In this document: positions 19,544 to 29,485 of the stretch, piece by piece
How positions within the stretch are numbered: the stretch's first letter is position 1
Layout: the number at the start of each line of letters is the position of its first letter
Assembly (NCBI RefSeq): GCF_001457595.1
Contig: NZ_LN831039.1
Location: 3,930,001 to 3,962,000, forward strand
Length of the DNA stretch: 32,000 nt
Source: Mycolicibacterium smegmatis
Lineage (GTDB): Bacteria > Actinomycetota > Actinomycetes > Mycobacteriales > Mycobacteriaceae
Direction of reading: 5' to 3'
Notes under the pieces: generated by a model
What the model was told of the DNA's origin: nothing
What the model saw: only the letters and a program-made list of their open reading frames with translations
Database searches by the model: none
Program-made: the position numbers and the translations under genes

Positions 19544-21246
19544 TCGGGCTCAGCCGAGGTGATTTCACGGCCGTAGCGCTGCCAAGCCAGTTCGCGGTAG
19601 CGGCTCAGGATCGGACCCGTCTGCGGATCCATCCGCAGTGGAGGCAACGGGCCGAGACGCGTGAGTCCACCCGATCCCGGGGTGCCCGCGTTCGCCGCGA
19701 CCGCCGGCGCGAGTTCGGCCTCCACCGGGACCGGTGCCGTGGCCGTCGCGGCCCAGTCACCCGCCGTCTGACCGATCGGCTCGGCGCTGAAGGTGCCCCG
19801 CGCGCTGTGGTATTCGACCAGCTCACTGATCAGCTCGGTGTTGTCCCATTCCCACGCCACCGCGAACGCTCCGGCCAGCATCGGCGCCGAGACCCAACTG
19901 GCCCAGCGCATCCGGGCGCCCGCATCGTCGATGGTGTAGCGCACCGAGTCGACCGCGAGCGCGGCGGGCACCTTGAGTTCGGCGGCCTGTTCGAGTTTCG
20001 CGGTGCCCCGAAGCCACTTCCGGCTGCCCGGACGGCACCGGAAAACCCCTTTACCGGATCTGTGTGTGGCCTCGACCTGTTGCCAGGTCTGCTCCGGTGT
20101 GCCGAGGCCGTCGAAGCCCATCTCGGCCAGGGCCTCGGCGCGCAGGATGTTGCCCAGGTGGTCGTCGAGGCGTGCGTACTGCAGCCAGCTGTGCCGCGGT
20201 GAGGAATCCAGGAGTTCTCGCGCCTCGGCGACCAGTTGTGTGGCCTCGTCGAACGCGCCACGGAAGATCGACAACCAGCTGCGCTGCAACAGGATCCGGT
20301 GGATGTACAGAGGCTTCCCGAGCTCGCGCCAGTGCCGCTCGGCGTGCTCCCAGCAGGTGTTCGCCTCCTGCAGCCTGCCGATTCCCAACCGGATCAGGCC
20401 GAAGTACAGCCAGCTCCGGGACACGTCGTGCGCGCGGGCGTGGTCGGCGATCACCGGGTACGCCTCGGTGACGAGGTCCTGGGTCTCGGCGTACTGTCCC
20501 GCAGTCCAGCATGCCGCGGCGCGTTCCAACTGGGTGCGGGCCCGCGGCAACGCCCACCCGCGGGCGTCGGCTCGCGCGCCGGCCCGCCGCAGCCACGGTT
20601 GCGCTTCCTCCAGCCGCCCGGATTCGGCGCAGAACCGGCCGTAACCCAGCGCCCCCGCGATGAACAGGTGATCGTCCTCTGGATCGCCGCCCCCTGAGCG
20701 TGTCACTGATTCGAGGACTGCGTCCCACAGCGGCGCCGAGCGTGCGTACAGGTCGTCGTCACACAGGCCCGTGGCGACGAGGATGCGCGCGTGGATGCCG
20801 AGGCGCCGGTGCTCGGCGTCGAGATCCTCGGGGCCCACCGAATCGATCAGGGTGTCGAGGTGTTCGGCGGCGCGGTCATGGTCACCCCGCGCGGCGGCAA
20901 GACCTGCGGCGAGGAACTCGGCGCGACGGGTGTACCGGCAGATCATGTGGTCGACGTCGGCGTCGGACATGCGCACCTGGGCGGCGGCCTCGGGCATGCG
21001 GCCCGCGCGGATCGCGGTGTAGATGCCCAGGCAGTCCCCGATGCGCCGAATGCATTCGCCGACACCGTCGTAGGCGCTGCGCACCAGATAGATCTCGCCC
21101 AGCAGGGCGAAGACCTCGAGGGCGTAGTCGTCGCGATCGGCCTGCTCGATGCGCGGCATCAGGCTCACCAGGAGATCACGCGCCTGGTCTTCGTCGGCCG
21201 ACAACATGAGGTGACGCGCGCGCTCCAACTCCCCCGCGATGGTCAC
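19525..21246 (-). CDS. TPR-like helical-repeat protein (573 aa) with an uncharacterised C-terminal ~190 aa
   Basis: The N-terminal ~380 aa consist of repeated amphipathic helix pairs with TPR-like spacing (e.g. ALGYGRFCAESGRLEEAQPWLRRA, CWTAGQYAETQDLVTEAY, LGIGRLQEANTCWEHAERHW). GTG start. The TPR assignment is by eye only. Confidence 0.65.
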   Translation of the reverse strand: MTIAGELERARHLMLSADEDQARDLLVSLMPRIEQADRDDYALEVFALLGEIYLVRSAYDGVGECIRRIGDCLGIYTAIRAGRMPEAAAQVRMSDADVDHMICRYTRRAEFLAAGLAAARGDHDRAAEHLDTLIDSVGPEDLDAEHRRLGIHARILVATGLCDDDLYARSAPLWDAVLESVTRSGGGDPEDDHLFIAGALGYGRFCAESGRLEEAQPWLRRAGARADARGWALPRARTQLERAAACWTAGQYAETQDLVTEAYPVIADHARAHDVSRSWLYFGLIRLGIGRLQEANTCWEHAERHWRELGKPLYIHRILLQRSWLSIFRGAFDEATQLVAEARELLDSSPRHSWLQYARLDDHLGNILRAEALAEMGFDGLGTPEQTWQQVEATHRSGKGVFRCRPGSRKWLRGTAKLEQAAELKVPAALAVDSVRYTIDDAGARMRWASWVSAPMLAGAFAVAWEWDNTELISELVEYHSARGTFSAEPIGQTAGDWAATATAPVPVEAELAPAVAANAGTPGSGGLTRLGPLPPLRMDPQTGPILSRYRELAWQRYGREITSAEPEWATWP

Positions 21247-21252
21247 GTTCGC

Positions 21253-21258
21253 ATCATA
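21253..21258 (-). promoter_or_regulatory. -10-like hexamer TATGAT, 6 nt upstream of the GTG of the TPR-like gene (leaderless-transcript geometry)
   Basis: Minus strand reads ccaTATGATgcgaacGTG. TANNNT followed by 6-7 nt and then the start codon is the mycobacterial leaderless pattern. Confidence 0.35.
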
Positions 21259-21264
21259 TGGAAG

Positions 21265-21300
21265 CGGCGGGCGTGCCGGAGGTCTGAGGCACGCCCGCCG
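21265..21300 (-). terminator. 13-bp GC-rich hairpin downstream of the lipoprotein gene (weak U-tract)
   Basis: CGGCGGGCGTGCC (21265-21277) pairs with GGCACGCCCGCCG (21288-21300) around a 10-nt loop. It starts 11 nt after the lipoprotein stop (21312-21314). Confidence 0.5.
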
Positions 21301-21311
21301 CCCGGGAGGGA

Positions 21312-21788
21312 TCAGCTGCAGCTCACCGTGATGGTGAACGGCTTGCTGATCATCCCGGCCATCGGGTTCTGCATGTCGGCGCCGGCGGCCTCGCCCGTGA
21401 TCGTATAGGTGTCGCCGTCGACCTCGACCTTGGCCGAACCGACCTTGACGCCCATGTTCTCGCTGACGGCGAGCGCGCTGCCGTCGTAGACCAGACCCAG
21501 TGATTCGACCTTCGGGCTGGCCTCGTCGGTCATCACCACACCGAGGCCCTGTTGCCCGCCGATCGCGGCACTGCCCACGTTGATCCGCCCGCCCTCCTTG
21601 ACGCAGGTCACCGAGTTCAGGTCCAGACCGGGAAGGTCCTTGCCGTCGACCTTGACCTGGGTGTTCCCGCCCGTCTTCACGTCGGCGGCGGCCGGGCTGG
21701 GTGTGGCCTGCGGTTTGTCGTCCGAGCAGCCGACCAGGATGGTGCCGGCCGCGAGCAGTCCCATGGTTCCTGCGATGACACGATTCAT
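21312..21788 (-). CDS. LpqH (19-kDa antigen) family lipoprotein
   Basis: 158 aa. Signal peptide with lipobox LVGC. The mature part resembles the 19-kDa lipoprotein family (...VTCVKEGGRINVGSAA...YTITGEA...FTITVSC). Confidence 0.85.
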   Translation of the reverse strand: MNRVIAGTMGLLAAGTILVGCSDDKPQATPSPAAADVKTGGNTQVKVDGKDLPGLDLNSVTCVKEGGRINVGSAAIGGQQGLGVVMTDEASPKVESLGLVYDGSALAVSENMGVKVGSAKVEVDGDTYTITGEAAGADMQNPMAGMISKPFTITVSCS

Positions 21789-21907
21789 GTTCGTCCCCTT
21801 ACCTTGCGCGTCGCCCCGATGGCTCCGTCGTGTCCTCAGTCAAAGGCGCGCAGGTCGCTACCGATCCCAAGAAGTGCGGGTCAGCGCAGGTCGGGGCGGT
21901 TCACAGG

Positions 21908-21913
21908 TACGGT
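21908..21913 (+). promoter_or_regulatory. -10-like hexamer TACGGT, 7 nt upstream of the ATG at 21921 (leaderless geometry)
   Basis: Read directly: ggTACGGTggggctcATG. Confidence 0.3.
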
Positions 21914-21920
21914 GGGGCTC

Positions 21921-22175
21921 ATGACCGATCAGCCCGATCCCGGACCCGCACCACAGCCGGAGGAGACCGGATACACCGAGGGTGGTGTGCCGACGTTCGA
22001 CGCGGTGCGGGAGAAGATCGAGACCCGGTACGGCACCGCGATCGGCTCGTCCGAGCTTGCCGGCGAGACCCCGGAGGGCAGGCGGGTCGAGGAGCAGTAC
22101 GAGGAACGCCAACGCGCGGCCGCCGAACGCCTCGAGCAGATCCGCAAATCGATGCGCGAGGACGAGAAGTCCTGA
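21921..22175 (+). CDS. Small acidic hypothetical protein (84 aa)
   Basis: Starts at M124 of the track ORF (MTDQPDPGPAPQPEETGYTEGG...EQYEERQRAAAERLEQIRKSMREDEKS). The upstream part of the ORF is junk. Its stop is 3 nt before the next ATG. Confidence 0.55.
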   Translation: MTDQPDPGPAPQPEETGYTEGGVPTFDAVREKIETRYGTAIGSSELAGETPEGRRVEEQYEERQRAAAERLEQIRKSMREDEKS

Positions 22176-22178
22176 GCG

Positions 22179-23363
22179 ATGCGCGTTTTCACGATCGCGG
22201 AGCGACGGACACGGCTTGCGCGACGCCACTTCCTGAGCCCTGAGAACCCCGCCGCGTCACCCGCCGCCGCCGCGCGCAGCTTCGTCGGACTGCACGCGAC
22301 CGACCCGGCGACACCGTATCTCTCGCTGTGGGCACGCCTTCGGAGGTTCACCGTCGCCGATCTGGACACCGAACTGTACGAGCGGCGTACCGTGGTCAAG
22401 CACCTCGCGATGCGCCGCACACTGTGGCTGGTCGGCGTCGAGGATCTGCCGTTCATCCAGTCCGCGGCCAGTGACCGGGTGGCGGCCAACGAACTGCGCA
22501 AACTGGCCGCGGATGCGCACAACGCCGGGTTGGAACCCGACGGGGAGACCTGGGTCAAGGTGGCACGCGCGGCGGTGCTGCGCCATCTGGAGAAACACGG
22601 CCCCACCGGCGCCCGGGAGTTGCGGGAAGCTCTGCCGGAACTCGCCGGAAGCCACGACCCCGCACCGGGTAAGAGCTATGGCGGCGAGACACCGTTGGCG
22701 CCAAGGGTTCTGACAGTTCTCGGCGTGCACGGTGAGATCATGAGGGGCCCGAACGAGGGTTCGTGGACGGTGTCACGGCCGCGCTGGGCGGCCACGGCCG
22801 ACTGGCTCGGCGCGCCGTACGTGCCCGCGCCCGCCGATGAAGCCCGCGCCGAACTGGTGCGCCGCTGGCTCGCGACATTCGGGCCCGCGACCGTCACCGA
22901 CGTGAAGTGGTGGTTCGGTCACACCCTGACCTGGGCGCGCCACGCGCTGCGCGACATCGGTGCCGTGGAGGTCGAACTCGAAGGCTGCGACGCGCCCGGC
23001 TACGTCCTGCCCGACGACCTCGATCCCGAGCCGGAACCGCAGCCGTGGGTCGCGCTGCTCCCGGGCCTCGACGTCACGACCATGGGTTGGTTCGACCGCG
23101 ACTGGTACCTCGACGGTCTCCGGGATCAGGTGTTCGACCGCAACGGCAACGCCGGGCCCACCGTGTGGTGCGACGGGCGTGTCGTGGGCGCCTGGGCACA
23201 CGACGCCGACGGGCGCGTCGACGTGCGACTGTGCACCGATATCGGCCGCGCTGCACGGAAGCTGCTGCAGCGCAAGGCCGATGACCTCACCGAGTGGCTC
23301 AACGGCACTCGCGTCAAACCGCGCTTCCCCTCACCGCTGTCGAAAGGCCAGTTCACAGGCTGA
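22179..23363 (+). CDS. Winged-helix DNA-binding domain protein, DUF1006/HTH_42 (YcaQ/AlkZ-like) family
   Basis: 394 aa. The N-terminal ...RRTRLARRHFL...GLHATDPATPYLSLWARL...VKHLAMRRTLWLV... resembles the YcaQ/AlkZ family as I remember it. Confidence 0.7.
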   Translation: MRVFTIAERRTRLARRHFLSPENPAASPAAAARSFVGLHATDPATPYLSLWARLRRFTVADLDTELYERRTVVKHLAMRRTLWLVGVEDLPFIQSAASDRVAANELRKLAADAHNAGLEPDGETWVKVARAAVLRHLEKHGPTGARELREALPELAGSHDPAPGKSYGGETPLAPRVLTVLGVHGEIMRGPNEGSWTVSRPRWAATADWLGAPYVPAPADEARAELVRRWLATFGPATVTDVKWWFGHTLTWARHALRDIGAVEVELEGCDAPGYVLPDDLDPEPEPQPWVALLPGLDVTTMGWFDRDWYLDGLRDQVFDRNGNAGPTVWCDGRVVGAWAHDADGRVDVRLCTDIGRAARKLLQRKADDLTEWLNGTRVKPRFPSPLSKGQFTG

Positions 23364-24066
23364 GCGTGACCGGCGGGCCGGCCAGAGCAGCTTTCGCGTC
23401 CACGCTCATCCGATCGATGATCTCGACCTCACCGGCTTCGAGCCCGTCGAGGGCCATCCGGGCGAGGTCGGCGGGTTCGTTCATGTGTTCCTCGGGCAGT
23501 TCGATCCCGTTGCCGCGGGCGAACTCGAGCAGCGTGTCGGTGCGGATCAGCCCGGGTACCAGAGCGGCGACGTGGGTGCCCTGGCGCGCGAGTTCCACGC
23601 GAACACCGTTGGTCAACCCCCATTCCGCGGATTTCGCGGCGGCATAGGACGTGTTGCCGTCGACGGTTCTCCACGCCGCAACGGACAGCACGTTGAGAAT
23701 GGCTCCCCCGCCGTTGCGGGCCAGGATCGGCGCGAACGCGCGGATCATGGCCAGCGTGCCGTAGTAGTTCGAATCCATCGTCGCCCGGATCTTGGCGAGG
23801 TCACCCGTGACGAGGTTGCCGCCGTCGGTGAATGCCGCGTTGTTGATCAGCACGTCGACGTCATCGGCCGCCGCGGCGGCGGCTTCGACGGACCACTGAT
23901 CGGTGATGTCGAGCCGCAGCACGTGCGCACCCGGGACATCGACGAGTTCAGGGCGCCGCGCGGTGGCGTACACCTTGGCACCGCGGCGGATCAGTTCGAC
24001 CGCGAGGTGGTGCCCGAGGCCCCGGTTGGCACCCGTGACGAGTGCGGTGGCGCCGTGCAGTTTCAT
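23353..24066 (-). CDS. SDR family oxidoreductase
   Basis: 237 aa. It has the TGANRGLG cofactor motif, NNAA, and a YxxxK context (SYAAAKSA). Confidence 0.9.
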   Translation of the reverse strand: MKLHGATALVTGANRGLGHHLAVELIRRGAKVYATARRPELVDVPGAHVLRLDITDQWSVEAAAAAADDVDVLINNAAFTDGGNLVTGDLAKIRATMDSNYYGTLAMIRAFAPILARNGGGAILNVLSVAAWRTVDGNTSYAAAKSAEWGLTNGVRVELARQGTHVAALVPGLIRTDTLLEFARGNGIELPEEHMNEPADLARMALDGLEAGEVEIIDRMSVDAKAALAGPPVTLSL

Positions 24067-24209
24067 GATCTCCCCTTCGAAGCCGACGAAGATGACCGAG
24101 TGGTTGTGGCAGCGCTACCTCGGAATCCTGTTCGACGGCTTGAGGCCCGAGGGTGCCCATCCGTTGCCGCAACCGCCGCCGCGGTTGACCTGAACCTTGG
24201 TTGCGGTCC

Positions 24210-24215
24210 TACGGT
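24210..24215 (+). promoter_or_regulatory. -10-like hexamer TACGGT, 6 nt upstream of the ATG at 24222 (leaderless geometry)
   Basis: Read directly: cCTACGGTggccgcATG. Confidence 0.3.
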
Positions 24216-24221
24216 GGCCGC

Positions 24222-25021
24222 ATGGTTCACATCGACCTCGGCACCTTCGGACTCACCGTCACCCCCGGCACCCCGGGGGCTGAAGAGATCGAAGCCCTCG
24301 GCTTCGGCGCTCTGTGGGTCAACGGCGGGCAACTCGACCGGTTGGAACGCCTCACGGATCTGCTGGCGACGACGCGGCGGGCCGCCGTCGCGCCGGCGAT
24401 CATCCCGCCCGATGTCTACGGGCCCGACGCCGTCGTCGACCTCTTCGGCCGCGCGGAGGTTGCCGCGCCCGGGCGGCTCATGATCGGACTCGGTTCGTCG
24501 TCACAGCCCCGTCCGAGGGCCGCACTGGGCGCCTACGTCGACGAACTCGGCGCAATCCCCCGCGAGCGTCGCCTGCTGGCCGCGTTCGGTCCACGCATGC
24601 TCGACACCGCCCGCGACCGTTTCGGCGGTGCGATGCCAGGGATGGTGACACCGGAGTACACAGCAATCGCGCGCGAACGCCTCGGCCCCGACCGGCTTCT
24701 CGTCGTCGGTCTGTATGCGGTTCTGGACACCGACGCGGACGCGGCCCGGGAGACGGCACGGGTGCCGCTTCGGTTCCTGATGGGCATGCGCAGCTACGTG
24801 AACTCGGCGCTGCGCCAAGGCTTCTCTGAAACCGACATCGCGACGGTCAGCGATGACCTGGTGGATCGACTGGTCGCTTGGGGCAGCGCCGACGACATCG
24901 CGAAACAGGCCCGACGGCACCGGGAGGCCGGCGCGGACCATGTCTATCTCAGTGTGCTGCACAACGATACGCAGCCGAGCGGTGTCGCGGCTGCCCGGCT
25001 CCTGGCCCCGGTGTTGTTCGG

Positions 25022-25025
<4 letters not shown>
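24222..25025 (+). CDS. LLM-class (luciferase-like) F420-dependent oxidoreductase
   Basis: 267 aa from M8 of the track ORF ([13 protein letters not shown]...GFGALWV...). Typical of small mycobacterial LLM/F420 family members. Its stop overlaps the uvrA stop (TTAG). Confidence 0.8.
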
Positions 25026-27916
<2,891 letters not shown>

Positions 27917-27995
27917 CGGTTTCCTTCCTGGTCGGCGAGGGTCCAGACATGCGGTCCGGACATGCTCTGTACCCCGCATGACGCAGTTCATGCCC

Positions 27996-28018
27996 ATGCT
28001 ATGCGCCACCACCGACAA
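27996..28018 (-). promoter_or_regulatory. RecA-NDp / PafBC-type DNA-damage promoter motif upstream of uvrA
   Basis: Minus strand reads TTGTCGGTG-gtggcgca-TAGCAT. This is an exact fit to the published tTGTCRgtg-N8-TAnnnT motif. The -10 ends 79 nt upstream of the uvrA TTG. Confidence 0.7.
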
Positions 28019-28036
28019 GCCCGATACGGTGGCGCT

Positions 28037-28741
28037 ATGACCCCATCTGAGACGCCATCCAGCATCACGGTCGACGACACCTACACCGGACACGTCGAGC
28101 CAGGAACCGCAGCGCGGCGCACCCTCGCCGACGCCACGATCGTCAAGGCGTCGGTGGGTCCCATGGACAACAACTGCTACCTGGTGACCTGCAGATCTAC
28201 CGGCGAGACGCTGCTGATCGACGCGGCCAACGACGCCGAGGTGATCATCGGACTCGTCGAGCAGCACGCGCCGAAGGTGTCACTGATCGTCACCACCCAT
28301 CAACATCAGGACCACTGGCTCGCGCTGCAGGCCGTGACAGAAGCCACAGGAGCCCCGACCGCCGCGCATGCGCTCGACGCCGGCGCGTTGCCCGTCAAGC
28401 CGGACCGGATCCTGTCCGACGGCGACAAGATCACCGTCGGCAACCTCACTTTCGACGCCATCCACCTACAGGGCCACACGCCCGGTTCGGTGGCACTGGC
28501 CCTCGCGGGTGCCGATGGCGCCGACGGGCCCACGCACCTGTTCACCGGCGACTGCCTGTTCCCGGGCGGCGTCGGCAAGACGTGGAAGCCGGGCGACTTC
28601 GAGACGCTGCTGGGCGACGTCACCACCAAGGTGTTCGACGTCTACGACGACCGCACGGTCGTCTACCCCGGGCACGGTGACGACACCACTCTCGGCGCGG
28701 AGCGTCCGAGCCTGGCCGAGTGGCGTGAACGGGGCTGGTGA
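28037..28741 (+). CDS. MBL-fold metallo-hydrolase (Rv1637c-like)
   Basis: 234 aa. It has the THQHQDHW metal motif plus ...HLQGHTPGS... and ...[12 protein letters not shown].... The rest of the huge track ORF (25868-28036) is antisense to uvrA. Confidence 0.85.
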   Translation: MTPSETPSSITVDDTYTGHVEPGTAARRTLADATIVKASVGPMDNNCYLVTCRSTGETLLIDAANDAEVIIGLVEQHAPKVSLIVTTHQHQDHWLALQAVTEATGAPTAAHALDAGALPVKPDRILSDGDKITVGNLTFDAIHLQGHTPGSVALALAGADGADGPTHLFTGDCLFPGGVGKTWKPGDFETLLGDVTTKVFDVYDDRTVVYPGHGDDTTLGAERPSLAEWRERGW

Positions 28742-28744
28742 GCC

Positions 28745-29188
28745 CTAGCTGGTGTGGACGATGAGCACGTCGGTCTTGGACCGGCGTGCCACGTTCGCGG
28801 GCACCGAGCCGAGCAGCCGGCCGGCGATGGTGCTCAGGCCGACGTTGCCGACGACCAGCAGATCGGCCTTGACCTCGTCGGCGAGCTCGACGAGCGCGTC
28901 GACCGGGGCGCCGACGACGGGGCGCTCCTCGATGTCGGTCGCACCGGCGGCCTTGGCGCGGTCGTTGGCCTCACGCAGAATGGCGTAGATCGGGGCGTTG
29001 CCTGCCATCTTGTAGCCCTCGTCCTTGAGGACGTCGGCCGCACGCGAGTCCTCGCTCTGGGGGAAGTAGGCGGTGGCGATGATCAACTTCGCGTTCGATG
29101 CGGCGGCAATCTGACCGGCGCGGTCCACGGCACGCAACGACGAATCGGATCCGTCCGTGCCGACCACCACGGTTTGATATGCGCTCAT
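28745..29188 (-). CDS. Universal stress protein (Rv1636/TB15.3-like)
   Basis: 147 aa from M83 of the track ORF (MSAYQTVVVGTDGSDSS...LLVVGNVGLSTIAGRLLGSVPANVARRSKTDVLIVHT). GGGAGGG SD lies 5 nt upstream. Confidence 0.9.
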   Translation of the reverse strand: MSAYQTVVVGTDGSDSSLRAVDRAGQIAAASNAKLIIATAYFPQSEDSRAADVLKDEGYKMAGNAPIYAILREANDRAKAAGATDIEERPVVGAPVDALVELADEVKADLLVVGNVGLSTIAGRLLGSVPANVARRSKTDVLIVHTS

Positions 29189-29485
29189 CCATACCCTCCC
29201 ACTGTCAGTTGCAACGCCACCCGAGACAGTAACCGGTGCCGGCTGCGATGGGGCGCGAATCACGACACCCGCACGCACAGCAGGCAAACCGCACACGGTT
29301 GATGCCACGTGACGCCTGTTGGCCCTGATGTTAACCACAGGAAGCGCGAATCGGGGCGCACCGTGACGCAGGTGACGCTGCCAGCCGCGAAGTTGCCGGG
29401 TTCCCGACGCCGGTGCGCGAGTGATCGAGCTCATCGAGACCGCGCCCGTGTTGTAATGCGGCTCACACGATTTCGCGCTACTTCC

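Noticed and set aside
19525-19552. Programmed -1 frameshift fusing the TPR-like and CHAT ORFs into one ~970-aa TPR-CHAT protein.
   Set aside because: The CHAT frame has a TGA 9 nt upstream of its ATG, so any shift would have to occur within about 25 nt. I see no X XXY YYZ slippery heptamer or downstream structure there. Overlap coupling is the simpler reading, although a sequencing or assembly frameshift cannot be excluded without the reads.
15415-25021. The accessory block as a mobile element, prophage or CRISPR-associated locus.
   Set aside because: I found no integrase, transposase or recombinase, no CRISPR-like repeat-spacer array, no flanking direct or inverted repeats, no bordering tRNA, and no visible compositional break.
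27917-27995. LexA SOS box upstream of uvrA.
   Set aside because: The closest string is GAACtgcgTCAT, which lacks the GTTC half-site of the mycobacterial GAAC-N4-GTTC box. The RecA-NDp motif fits exactly instead.
29421-29434. CRP-like site GTGATCGAGCTCAT (GTGA-N6-TCAC type) in the long region upstream of the cAMP-binding USP homologue.
   Set aside because: It has one core mismatch and sits about 235 nt upstream of the USP start, close to the tesB 3' end. A single degenerate hit cannot be distinguished from chance without a matrix scan or ChIP data.
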